From Fistulifera solaris (taxonomy: Eukaryota), in the NCBI GenBank assembly GCA_030295235.1, contig AP026169.1, positions 434,001 to 498,000 of the forward strand: 64,000 bases of DNA. Reading direction: 5' to 3'. Both the position numbers and the translations under genes were made by a program. Of this stretch, positions 12,037 through 24,454 are shown one piece after another. Within the stretch, counting starts at the first letter, position 1. The number at the start of each line of letters is the position of its first letter. The notes under the pieces were generated by a model. That model was given only the letters and a program-made list of their open reading frames with translations, did not search any database and was not told the DNA's origin.

Positions 12037-12683
12037 GCCACACTGTTTTGGCTAATGCCGCTCTATCGGATTTGTGCCTGGTATATATATACTCGAAAGA
12101 ATATTACTATTGAACTAGCTTGTGACAAATGTGACGCCTCTCTGTTTCTGTAGATAGATATGATTTTTGGCAGCGACAAGCTTGTATGCTTTCAAATTCA
12201 ACAATATCTGCTCCCTATGTTAGAGCTGCATCCTTGGCAGCATTAAGTTTTGCTTCTTCGTCACTAACGTTAGATTGTCGATGTGTGCTGTAGCTAGGAA
12301 TAGTAGACGTCGTTTTTCACACGTGATGGCGCACCGAAATCAACCCACTTTAATACAACGATTCCTCTTGCAAATAAAACAGATTAGTTGACATTATTTT
12401 TGGATCAAAATCAATCAAATCAGTGCCTCGAGTTTCATTTTCAAATTACGGGACTGAAATCAAATAAATTGAGTCGGGTTCTCGCTCCAGCGCGCGACAG
12501 AACAGCGGAACAGCTGTACCAGGTACCGTGCCTGTCCTTCTACCGTTCTGCTGCAAAACATCAAGCAAAATCTCACAACAAAACTTCAACTTGACGGCAG
12601 ATGCTGGAACAAAAAGGACAACAAGTGAAGTTGTACAAGTACCAAGGTTCTTCCGATTGCTCCACTCTCACACATAATAACAC

Positions 12684-13425
12684 ATGAAGATGCAAAAATT
12701 AGCACTCTGTCTTACATTTTTTCTCGGCGCCACCAGTGATGCTTTCGTGGTGCGTTCCGTGGTGCGACGCGACAACTGGATGATCCGAGAATCATCGGTG
12801 ACAACAGCCGAAGAAGCGTTCGAAACAATAGGCATCGAACAGGAGCAACTGGCCATCGGAATCGATCCGAGGGAATTTCTGAATTATATTGGAACGTAAG
12901 TGAATCTAGGCTGAGTGCAATCATGATGAATAAGTGAGTTTCTTACTTATTCGTTTACGATCCATATACAGTAAGCAAGATCTTCTACAAAAGACCATGA
13001 ATGACATTCCTTCGTTTGACGAAGAACGAGCAAAGAAAGAAGTCGAAAAGTTTTTATTAGACAAAGAGGCGGTAGGAATGTACATTCAATTCCAGAAAAT
13101 GCGTGAACAAGATCCCAATTTTGTCGTACCTTCGGAAGAAGAACGAGACGAAGGATTGTTTAGTTTCCGAAACATTCTTATCGTTTACTCGATATACTTG
13201 GCATATCAAATACTTCCGAATCTATTCTTGACATGGGTTGCTAAGAAACAAGAGACTGGAAGTTGGGAAGGAACGAATATTCCTGTGATTGATCAGTGGA
13301 TTGTAGATCAATTAGCGGAAAAAGCTGCCGCTGCCGCTGGAGCTGCCGCAGAATCAGTTAGCTCGGCTTCCGAATTGGTATCACTTGCTGTTACGCACTC
13401 GTTGCCCTTCACTTTACCAATGTAA
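12684..13425 (+). CDS. Plastid-targeted single-TM protein of unknown function; intron 12896-12971
   Basis: Signal peptide + SDAF motif; in-frame splice (T|KQD); TM segment NILIVYSIYLAYQILPNLFLTWV. Confidence 0.75.
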
Positions 13426-13812
13426 TTGAGAAGATTATATTATATCTTAAATGTCCACGACAGAATATATAGCTTGATTACCACCAAGTCAACTTTGTTT
13501 AGTCAAAAATGTCTCGGCGCCAACATTGCATCGATTACGCTCTTTATAGAATGCTAGTCTTACTCTTAAAAGGTACGGAATACCAGGTAGGGTTTATTGA
13601 ATGAACAAGCAAAGACTTCCTTGTCTTGTTAGGCGGGAATGTTATCCAGTACCGCTTTCATTTCGGTACGACTTGTCGCGGTTCGTCGCTATGAGCAATT
13701 AATGAGACGACAAAAAACTAAAAAAATGCACGTGGCCGTATTTCCTTTATCATTTTTTGATATCGCAACATTAAATCTGTGTTGCCTTGTCTTTTCTATC
13801 ATTAGAGGTCTA

Positions 13813-14618
13813 ATGCAACGAGGAGGAAGTCGAATCTTAGGTAAAGCCAGTCTCTGGTTGGCAGGCGGTAGTCTTTACGCAACGACTTGCTATTTCAGCT
13901 ACCATTACTGGCGTCTCATGAAATCCGATGTTGCTGCTAGCGATATTCCACTCTCTGTCATGGAACACGGGCAACGCATGCAACAATTTCAAAAAATTGC
14001 CAATCACTATGATGACGACATAGGACGTGATGAACAGGTCCTCGGGATACCGATTCTCCGAAGGATGCTGCTCTTTTTCATGCTAGAGGTACTTGTCTGG
14101 AAGTGGGTGCCGGAACGGCCCGGAATCTTCCCTATTACCGGACTTCGTCGAATGTAGTCAATCGAGTAGTCCTTTCGGATGCGTCGGAGCAAATGCTCGA
14201 GCAAGCGAAAGAGAAGATTCGCGCTCTGCCAGTGACCAAACGTTCGCGCTTCGCCACTCTGAAAGCGGATGCCGCTGAATTACGTGAGGTTTTTCCGGAC
14301 AATAGCTTTGACACAGTCATTGACACGTTCGGCCTTTGTAGTTTTCAAGATCCTGTAGCTGTCCTTAAGGAGCTTTCACGGATCTGTAAACCGACGGGAA
14401 AGATTTTGCTGCTAGAGCACGGTCGCAGTCATAGTTGGGAATTTATCACAAAGCATTTGGATTCGCATGCCCTGGAACACGCCGCAAACTGGGGCTGCGT
14501 CTGGAACAGGGATCTAGACAAGATTCTGGAAGAAGCAAGTGATGATTTGGAGGTGGATGTGCTATCGCGGTATCATCTTGGGACAACCTATTATATTGTT
14601 TGTCGACCCAGGAAATAA
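13813..14618 (+). CDS. Class I SAM-dependent methyltransferase, OMS1/METTL7-like; frameshift ~14075
   Basis: LEVGAGTARN motif I, DASEQML, FDTVIDTFGLCS, LLEHGRS, WGCVWNRD; N-terminal hydrophobic anchor. Confidence 0.85.
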
Positions 14619-16128
14619 GCAAGCACTGTTCTCCACGATACTTTATACCCTCCAACTGCCAGAAGGAGAAAATTCAGGGACGTAAGAGTCGATGAAACGG
14701 CCAAATCTAGAAGTTCTCGCGCTGCCTCATATTTGTCACTTGAAATCCGATTGTCATCATCTTTACAATCACCTTTGGTCTACGGTCGTAAGGTTATCCC
14801 CGTGGCTATTATCAGCATCGATTGAAAATCAAAAGCTCAGATCTCAGATCGTGAAGTGTAAGACCTACAACCCATTTGGGATCGACGACACATGATAGAT
14901 GAATACAGGATGCGATGATTCATTATCGATTCAATAATACTAATTGCTGCTGCAAGTACATACGGTATAATTCTTCCTCCGTATCGTCCATCGCCCAATC
15001 TTTGCCATTTCTCAATCATCAGTCTTGTTTGCTTTCTACGTTCAGCGTTTAGCTCTGCTCTCTCTAGCTCTCTAGATTCTCAAGAGAAAAATCCTCGATG
15101 TCATGAGAGCTTCCTTTTCCACTTCATCACTTCATCTATTCAAAACAATTATGTGTGTGACGTGAAACGTGTTTGAGACTTGAAGCCCTCAAATAATGAT
15201 ACTGCAAAGCCCAACCCTGAACCCCCGCAATCTTGTTTCTTGTTGCTGTTCTTAGTTCTTACCTCTTACCTGTTTTTCTTCGAAAGTTACAGTGTAGAAC
15301 GCCACCTTAGTATTCTCCTCAGTTATGCTTTAAAATGCTTTCCATTATTGGATAGGCCACAGTTTAACTTTAGTGTGGAGTAAGTGCTAGGTACAATTCA
15401 GTGCCGATCCGGGACTGGGCAATTGTATTGATTTTTAGTCTTCAACATGCAAATACTGCTCAGAGCGCGCCACCGCGCGAAAGCCATGGAAAACGCCGAA
15501 CTGACGAATGACGAATGAAAACTCGAGTATGTTTTTTACTACCAGTCGATCCATTATCAAGAATGTCTACCCCACGGAGTATATCGGAAAGGAGCTCTTA
15601 CCGGTTTTGATTTCGCTAAGACCACGTACAACTCTGAACTGTGACCCAGGCCGACAGACATCTTTAAATTTTTTGTTTTTGTCGGAAGGAAGCAGGATGA
15701 CTGATGGAATGACCGCGAGGGGCAAGAAAGCAGATCGAATAGCATCGATGATAGATGATATGGTCGGCCAAGGCGCTCTCCTTGACTTGAATTCATTGCA
15801 ACACCCAGCCTTTTCTTGAAATTCCAGCTGATTAATATATCGCTCGAAACAAATTGCAAGGGCTTGGCTTTCGGCAGACAATTCGAACGAGTTGCGCAAC
15901 TTATCAGCTAGCAAAGGCTATTCAATATTGCGTTTATCGGCGGCTGGCGGTCGCCGCGTGGATCGAATTGAGTCGAATTTGCAAGGTTCTTCACGAGATA
16001 ACTAGCTTGACGCGGTATCTAATCTTCGGGCTAGTGCCTTGATTAGGACTCTACCAGAAATCAGCTTCGGAACGGGAGACCGTAGAAAGTCTGTTTGTGA
16101 AAAGAAAGAGAACAAAAAAAACATTTAG

Positions 16129-19100
16129 GATACCCCTGGGGCCGAAAAAAGTGATTTTTATCAACAGAATACAAAAACGTTGCCTCAAGAAGTAGTCGAG
16201 GCGCTGAAAGCTCCGAAAGCTGGGGAAACGCCTTCTCGCCAACCAACTCAGGCCCATAATAGCCGTAGCAGCTTCGTCGATATGAAGACAGGTTCCGATT
16301 TCAAACCGCAAAGGGCCTGTGTGTCAAAGCAGAAAGCCATTCCAGTGGATGACGTTACGTCGCCGAAGCAAGCTGTTGATTTCGCCGATGTAAAAGGAGG
16401 CGGAGAAATGTGTGATGATTTCGTAGAAACGCCTGCTATTGCGCGAGCCTATGATGTCGTACCCATTCTGGAACAAACGAAACTTCCTAGAGGAGGTGTC
16501 AGCGTTGATACCAAGGCTGTTGGTCGTGTGCAGGTACGTTAAGTGATCCTTGCTGGTCGTAAAATACGATGTATACATAGATCTGACTTTGCTGTGCGTT
16601 CAGTATGGAATCCCTCCAGAAACAATCAAAGATAGCATGAGGCTCGGAATACCTGTACCGCAAGTTTATATAGTTCCTACTGAGCGATTTTCACGGGAAA
16701 TGGGCCCCGCTCTTGGAGTCAATCTTGCTGAGTTTGAGTTCCCTGCCTACTTTAACTACTTCGTCTACAAGAAGAAATGCACGCTGGTAGTCGACTCTGT
16801 TGAAGCGGAAGATAACATCCGTGAGGTTTTTAGCGAGACTCTTTTAGGACCTGAGCAATTTCGACGGGAAAATTTCATTGCGTATGAAGAGGAAGATTTT
16901 GCTCCTGACTTTCCAAAAGCTGCCATTCCCGATTTTCAAAAAGAATTGAAGCATTTCAGGATAATGCCCGACGGCCAGGAACTTGTTATCGAAACGCTTC
17001 TTGATTTCCAGACACTTTGAGGATGTGGAAGCGGCACAATTGTTGGGAAGTCCGAAGCCTACCTCCGGCGATGAAGAAGTAACCGTTGAAACCTTACGTG
17101 TAAAGGAAGTGTCTGAGGAACCCCAAGCTCAATCATTTCCAGCTGATGCTGCAGCTATCAAGCGAGGGGAGCAAAGTAAATGGACTTATTCGGACGCAAT
17201 CAGCAACGGCGATGTTTCCAGAATTTACCCCTTCTCTGCCACCCCTGAAGAGATCGCGGCCGGAAAAGTTCCACGGGTTGAAATCTTCAAAATGCCGGGC
17301 GGCACGGAGTACATCATCCATGATATTAATGAGAATAACGAGATCATTGGAAAGGCAAAGCTATCAGGTCATGTGAAGGTATCGGAGTTCATGAGCGTTG
17401 ACGGGTTCGGCGGGAGATCTTTTTTGGATGCCATGGATCCCTCAAATGGTGAGATACAAGTGGAGCATCCAAGCAGACCCATCAAGCGACCAGCGTTTCA
17501 CCCGCCTTCTTTTGGAGTGACTGTGCTGGGTAATTCACACGGCTTTGATAAGAGCGGCTCGGTATCTGGCTACGTTCTTTGGGTAAACGGGCGAGGTGTC
17601 ATGATAGATCCTCCTCCGTATTCTTCTGCTACTCTGGAAAGAGAAGGTATTCGACCTAGAACGATTGTTGGAATTATCTTGACGCATTGTCATGCTGATC
17701 ACGATGCCGGTGCTTTTCAAAAAGTTCTAACGGGGTCACCAGTAGTTGTTATCACGACTCCAACTATTTACAAGAGCTTTATCAGGAAATATTCTGCTCT
17801 TTCGGCACTAAGTCCAGCACTTCTCCGACATAGTCACCGTTACAAACCTGCCATTATTGGACAGCCACTTCGATTCCAGGGTGCAACATTTCATTTTACA
17901 TACACGCTACACGCAATTCCTTGCGTCGGTTTCCGAGTTGAATGGCGCGGGCGATCGATGGTGTTTACTGGCGATCACTTCAACAATCCAGCTGGTTTGG
18001 AAAATCTTGTTGAAAAGGGGGTCATGTCAAAGGCAAGAATGGATGATTTAAATTATCTTCCTCTTCAAGACTGCGATGTCTTACTACATGAGTCTGGAGC
18101 TCCTCCGATTCACACACCTTTGGAAGTATTGCTGCAGTTACCAAAACATGTGAAAGAACGTCTATACGTAGTACATACCTCTGCACTTCCAGACGATTGC
18201 GAGCTCCGAGTCGCGCCAACAGGAACAGCGGGAACAATTCGTTTGGACACGAGTTCTTCTCATGATCGGAAGGGGTGCATCGCGGTGGCGACGACAACAT
18301 GTGGATAGGTGGCTCCTTAGAGTATTCCACCATCGCAGAGGATTCTGAGCATGATTTGGATCATTCTTTTGGGCATTTGGCTAAAGGCAAACGCGGAAAA
18401 GCAACCCAACGCACCTCCTGCTTCAACAGTGTGGGAAGAGCACCACTTGTATCCCGTCGGCCAGCATCTAGCACAGATGCTTGGTATATTCTCAATCTGC
18501 TCAGTGCTGTGCCATTTCTTTCAAGGTAAGCTGACTTGTTCTGTCCTGGCTTGAGCTTACATTTTTTAACTCTGTCATTCATTACTTTCTTTTAGCCTAT
18601 CTTACACGCAGACGATGGAAGTACTTGAAATAGCAAGGGTCGATTCCTACTCTCTGAACGATGTTGTCGTATCCGCAAACAATAGAAGTTATGTGTTGTG
18701 TGTTATTTGGGAAGGCACATGTGCCGAACAACCTGCAAAGCGAGCAACTGATATGACGTTTCATTCCGCAGACCACTCGGATCATGACTGGGGGTCTGGT
18801 CCAGTTTGGTACGCAGGAGATTGGACGGGCCCTAGAGCGCTACAGCCGGAAGAGGCATTGAGCGGAGAGAGCTCGTCTAGCGCAAGTCATGACATCGTGG
18901 CAGTGTCAAATGAGGGTGTCAAAGTTATCAAGATTGACTTCCCCTCATTGCACGCCATACTAAACGCTGGTTCTCAGCTGTACCGCCGTTTTCTCGAGCG
19001 GAATGCTGGCCAAGAACGTGCGAAAATGGAGACAGCATATGATGACGAGTTTGCGACAGCTACGGATTTGCTATTAGAAACTGCGAAGAAAGAGTTGAAT

Positions 19101-20019
19101 GTTTTGGACTTATTGAACTGCAATTCAGCTCTACGAAAGCTCACTGCTGTGCAAAAGCGCCACCTAGAAAGCTTAGCAGTCGGTCCTATCAGTTATCAGC
19201 AGGGAGAAAGGTTGTGGGGAGCTGGCACACCAGTTGATAAAGCCTTCATTATTGTTTCAGGTACAGCGTCGTTTGTCAAAAGAAGAAGTCCGAGCACAAC
19301 AGAGGGATCGGGTTTGAAAGTCGACATGGAAACGGCAATCAAAGAACTGGGAGGCAAGCACAATGGCGATGAGAACTCATCATTGTCTTCAGTTGATCAT
19401 GATGAGCCTAATCCAAAGGTCGGAATCGACACTATGTCCAACGCTGATTTTAAAAAGTTGCAAAAGAATTTGCAATCTAGAGCAGAATATTTTCAAAAGA
19501 GGGATCCGTGTCCTCTGGCATTTCTGGTTTCTCGGGCGACTCAATCTCGCACGACGGAGACTACGACTCAGATGAGAATTTCGACGATTCTAACCACCGC
19601 CGAAGTTTGACTCTCCGTCGTCGATCATCTCGCATGAGACAAGCCAACAAGGTTCTCGGCAGATTGTACAACCGACGTGCGTTCACGGCTGGACTTGTCT
19701 TCAGCAAGGGACATTTTCTGGGAGATGTCTCGAAGATGGTGGCGGGTTTGCTTTCGTCTGACGCGTTTACTGAGGCGGGCAGCGGTGGTTACGGTTTCGG
19801 TGAAAAGACGACAGCCTTGCGGCAGATGCCAAAGCTTTGGCGACCATCACAGAATCGAATAATGGTGAAGGGGGCTACCATGTTCTGCATAATTCAACCT
19901 TGACTGCCGGCAAGGATGGCTGCGTTGTGTTGCTCTTCCACAAAGCAAGTCTTATTCCATTCCTTGACGAGCACCCCGGGCTACTTTTGAGCCTACTAGG
20001 GACACAAGTTGTTGTTTAA
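16129..20019 (+). CDS. Metallo-beta-lactamase-fold cyclic-nucleotide phosphodiesterase with C-terminal cNMP-binding-like domains (Dictyostelium PdeD/PdeE, GbpA/GbpB type); 5' end unresolved
   Basis: GIPPETIKD and AEFEFPAYFNYF N-terminal block; LGNSHGFD, IDPPP, THCHADHDAG (HxHxDH), LHAIPC, FTGDH, PPIHTP, YVVHT. Two degenerate cNMP-like segments (LLSAVPFL...CVIWEG; LTAVQKRHLESL...AFIIVSG...GHFLGD). Introns 16534-16603 and 18526-18595; frameshifts ~17015, ~18272, ~19500, ~19825. Confidence 0.8.
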
Positions 20020-20291
20020 TGACGGTGCTGCCAAGTATGCCTCTCCAGGTGCAAAAACGTTAGCAGGTACTAAAAGTTAAGATGCATTGCTCTCTATAAG
20101 CTACCCTTGCGACTGATTAGTGTAAAGTTAAGAGCTAAGTAATTAAAAGGCTCCACTCAAATGATCAGTGAATCTACTTCATCGACAAAGAGTTACTACC
20201 ACGAAGCCTTTCATTCATTCGTTAGTCATTCTAAACGAGTACTTAAAAAAGAGTAGCATTATGTACAAGGCGCCAATCGAACGCTCTAAAT

Positions 20292-20873
20292 TCAAGAATT
20301 CCCTTGCTGCTCCATTTCCCACAGATCCTGAACCACTAATTTGACTTGCTTTGAATCGGTACGTTCCAAACCAAAAGGAATCTGCTTCGCTCGTACACCA
20401 ATGTAGGAATTGTCTTGCACGTCTTTCATAATGAGAGGTAATTGCAAATAGCGGATGGTATCGTGCAATTTGTCCATGTCCGATTCGAATGTTTTGGAGA
20501 CTCCATGTGAAAGCTGTTGATACAATTGATCGACAGAGTATGTTTGCGCCAGCAAAGGATAAAAGGCCACCACATCCAGACGAAACGTCTCGTCCGCATC
20601 GGATCGATAGGAGAAACTCGTCGTTCGTTTGGTGTCATGACCCGGCACATTCTCGGCCAGGCGCATCGACTGCACTTGCCATTGACGTTGAGGTCGTGAC
20701 TGTTGTTGTTTTTGCTTCGTGGTTGGTTTCAAAGGACCGGCATCGTGTAAGAATTTCAACAAATCATCGGGCATTTCTTCGGAGGACGCGACGACGGGTG
20801 TAGCTCGTTTAGCACTTTGTGTGACAGCAGCCGGAGCGGTTTTTGCCACTGCCTTAGATGCAGCTTGACCCAT
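20292..20873 (-). CDS. Hypothetical protein with possible N-myristoylation start (MGQAASK)
   Basis: Uninterrupted ORF; ATG at 20873. Confidence 0.65.
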   Translation of the reverse strand: MGQAASKAVAKTAPAAVTQSAKRATPVVASSEEMPDDLLKFLHDAGPLKPTTKQKQQQSRPQRQWQVQSMRLAENVPGHDTKRTTSFSYRSDADETFRLDVVAFYPLLAQTYSVDQLYQQLSHGVSKTFESDMDKLHDTIRYLQLPLIMKDVQDNSYIGVRAKQIPFGLERTDSKQVKLVVQDLWEMEQQGNS

Positions 20874-21191
20874 TATCTTGTATACGAGTGAGTAGAATTG
20901 TATCAATGTGTTTTCTTTTATCGCTTTTTTTACTGGTACGAAGGCAATGAAGAACACCAATTATACGGAGTAATAAACAGCGATCGCGTTTTTCACTCCA
21001 TCTCGGAAACCGGTATTCCCTACATCCTACCGGTTTTCAATTGTCCGTTCGAAGCGCCGGGCGAACATCACGTCCGTTGAAATGGTTTGAACTCACCGAA
21101 TATATGCATTCATCGATGCGTTGCAAGCAACGCCATGCATTCGATAGACCAAGGATAACAATACAATACACAAGCAATCCATAAGAAAAGA

Positions 21192-22912
21192 ATGAAGATA
21201 ACGAGTCCGTCAGTGCGGCAGCATCGGACTGCACGGAACTATTACTACACAACAACATATCTGTACTATGCCTTGTTTCTCGTCATCGTGTTACAAGCTG
21301 CTCTTTCTATTTTCCAAGGAAACATTCTTGAAAGGGAAAGCAAGCGAAGTTTAAGAGCGCCTTTATCAAACTTACTCAGCAATAATTTCGCGGAAACTGT
21401 TAATCATAGGAGAACGGAAGCTAGCGCCGTTTCTCTTGACAGAGCAATCGACAACCAACACAAAAATCCTCAGGAGTTTCAAATAGCACAAGAAACAACT
21501 GAAACCAATTACTTACCTACAAATACGACAGAGACGACATCATCAATCACAGATACACAAAGAATCAAGTTGGAAATAAAATCTCGTTCGAAGCTTCCCT
21601 TACTAATAATTGGTGGAAGTGATGGGTCCGGTACGAGAGCGTTTGTCGACGTCCTAGGGCACTTACATGTCCCCATGCTGGTGGATGATAAGGCCACTTT
21701 GGATATTCACGCTCCATGCTTTTACCACGGCGATGGTTGGCCACATATCGTGAACCGAGTCATGAATGAGACCCATTCGGCTCGTTACGAGTTTTCCGAT
21801 TTATCGCAAAATGTTCAAGATGAGCTTCACGAACAGATGCGAATTTGTTTCCGGGAACACTACGCGCCTCGTGCCCTGCGACTCCTTATGGAGGCCCATA
21901 AGAAGGGCAAAGAATTACCCCATCGAATTCGATATGGCTTCAAAGCACCTGTCAGTATGCTCTTACTCCCGGTGTTGCTCGAAACGTTTGAGAATATCAA
22001 ATTCTTGCACGTGATTCGCGATGGACGAGATATTGCTCTGAGCAGCAACACGAGTCCTGTCGATAAATTTTATCGAACATTCTATCCGAATGCCACACAA
22101 CATGTGACAATGCTCCATGAGGCGCTAGGGAATGACACTGTATCTGTGAAGCAGGTCATGGCTATGCAGTTGTGGAATGATTGGAACACACAAGTATATG
22201 AGTTTGGAACCAGTCATCCTTCTATTGACTATTTGCCGATCAAAACGGAAGATCTACTCAATCCCGTAACGCGCTTTGAAGCTATACAACAAATTGCCGA
22301 ATTCGTAGGATCTCCATTGTCTACCGCACAACTCTGTTGCCTGAGTCAAAAAGAGCTTCATGACATGGGAAAGTCAATGAATTTTCAAGGGAAACAAGAA
22401 AACTCTGGTAGACCTGATGTTCGTATCCAGTTAGAAGGCACTGATAAGTCACTTTTGGCATCGTTTTTAGATGCAGGACACCGTATACACGACAAAGAAC
22501 AGCTGACTTCCGAGCTTGGACTGTTCAAGCAGCAAGCAGCTAGGCTCCGAACTCAAATGGAAGCAATAACGTATGATGATATCGAAGATACGTTACTGGA
22601 ACAGAACGACTACGAGAAAAAGTTAGAAGCACATCGCCAGGAGATCCTAAACAATATCCCCAATCAGGAAGCTCGCAAAAGTTTCGCCTTTTGGTGACAG
22701 CTCCCCAGCGAATCCGTACCGATGCCGCTCCACCGGATGAAGTTAAGCAGCGATATGGCAAATGGGTTTCCAAGCTCGAGCATTTACCTGAGCTTTCACA
22801 GGAGTTGCATGCATACGGAGCCAAAGGTCTTGACTTATTCGGTTATGCACCGCCACATGAGTTTATGTCGCGCAAATTCCATTCAATACCTTGTTCTGCT
22901 TGCGTGGAATAA
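21192..22912 (+). CDS. Type II membrane sulfotransferase (P-loop Sulfotransfer_3-like); frameshift ~22690
   Basis: N-terminal TM and stem; 5'-PSB-like IIGGSDGSGTRAF, YGFKAP, 3'-PB-like FLHVIRDGRDIALS, KTEDLL; C-terminal YGKW...GLDLFGY in ORF 22691..22912. Confidence 0.8.
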
Positions 22913-23306
22913 CAATCATTGAACACATTTTGCCATAGTTGTAGCCATAAAGAAAGTGAAAGTATTCATCATACACTTTGTGAACGGTAAGGTCTAGAGA
23001 GCACTTTTCCTTTATGCAATCATCATTTAGACTAAGTATTTTTAAAGTTCCAAGGGCCATTGTTAGTATCAAGGGTGCACACATGCACGGAAATGAGTGG
23101 GGTCTAATAAGCTTTCCTCAACCATAGACCGGGACTGGATTTCCTCGAGTCGCTAAAGCGATGCATCTCGGATCCGCATTATTTTCATTATTTGCAAACG
23201 GCGAACAAGACACATTCTAACAATACCAGTACGGTATACTCTTAAAAAACTATTCACCAAACTATCGCGACGACATTGTTGGCGTCTATTGTTTCATTAG
23301 ACCGAT

Positions 23307-24296
23307 ATGATGAGAGTTGCGAATCGCTCAGTGGCTTTCTGGTTGTCTTCTACCGCTCTGCATTCTGTTTCTGCCTTTCGAACACCCCTACGCAACAAAT
23401 CGTTCTCCTCCACAACGGCCTTATCCATGTCTACTGTAAGGGTGGCGCTTTGTCAACTCCCCGTTACCGATGACACCGAGAAAAATCATCAAACGGCAAC
23501 GACTTTTATTGAAAATGCTGTTGAGCAAGGCGCAGAGCTTGTTGTCCTTCCCGAAATATGGAATTCGCCGTACGCGACGGCGGCGTTCCCGGCCTATGCA
23601 CAAGATATCGAGAAAGGTTCGTCGCGCCTTTTGTTACAAAACTTGGCAACGAAGCACAAACTATGGCTCGTGGGAGGTAGTATCCCCGAACGCACAGCGG
23701 ATGGGAAAATTTACAATACATCCCTCGTCTTTAATCCACAAGGCAAACTCGTAGCGAAACATCGCAAAGTGCATCTGTTTGATATCGATGTACCCGGTGG
23801 GATAACGTTCTTTGAGTCAGATACCTTAAGTCCTGGAGAAACGGTCTCGTATTTTTCAACTCCGTGGGGAAACATGGGTTTAGGGATTTGTTACGACATT
23901 CGATTTGCCGAGTATGCTATGCTCTTAACTCAAAAACATGACTGTAAAGTCCTTCTGTATCCGGGCGCTTTCAATATGACCACCGGGCCTGCGCATTGGG
24001 AATTACTGCAACGTGCGCGCGCCGTGGATAATCAATGCTTTGTATTGACGGCGTCTCCAGCCCGCGTGGTGGAGACCGAATCCACTGCCAAGAAACCGTA
24101 TCCTCATTACACGGCTTGGGGCCATTCGACGGCAGTGTCTCCTTGGGGAGAGGTCATTGCGACGACCGATGAAACTCCCGGTATTGTGATGGCGGATCTG
24201 GATTTAGAGAAAGTGGAAGAAATGCGGACGTCCATCCCCATTCGGAATCAAAGGAGGACGGATCTGTACGACCTAAGTCAAGTGAAGAAAGAATAG
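23307..24296 (+). CDS. NIT2: Omega-amidase (nitrilase superfamily), plastid presequence
   Basis: LPEIWNSPY, KHRKVHLFDIDVPG, GICYDIRF, YPGAFNMTTGPAHWELLQRARAVDNQ; VSAF cleavage motif. Confidence 0.93.
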   Translation: MMRVANRSVAFWLSSTALHSVSAFRTPLRNKSFSSTTALSMSTVRVALCQLPVTDDTEKNHQTATTFIENAVEQGAELVVLPEIWNSPYATAAFPAYAQDIEKGSSRLLLQNLATKHKLWLVGGSIPERTADGKIYNTSLVFNPQGKLVAKHRKVHLFDIDVPGGITFFESDTLSPGETVSYFSTPWGNMGLGICYDIRFAEYAMLLTQKHDCKVLLYPGAFNMTTGPAHWELLQRARAVDNQCFVLTASPARVVETESTAKKPYPHYTAWGHSTAVSPWGEVIATTDETPGIVMADLDLEKVEEMRTSIPIRNQRRTDLYDLSQVKKE

Positions 24297-24454
24297 GCTC
24301 GACCATGTATACAATAAAAAACATTACGGAGTATTAAGAAATAACTCGTCAGCGTCATGATCGTAGCTGACGGCCCAGAGTTAGTATGTCACTGTAAAGC
24401 TTCATGCTTTATTAACACTTTATTCGTTACTCCTGGCTAATAATCAAATCATTG

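Noticed and set aside
15567..15914. 115-aa - strand ORF as a gene
   Set aside because: Non-ATG start, no motif, no clear splice partners.
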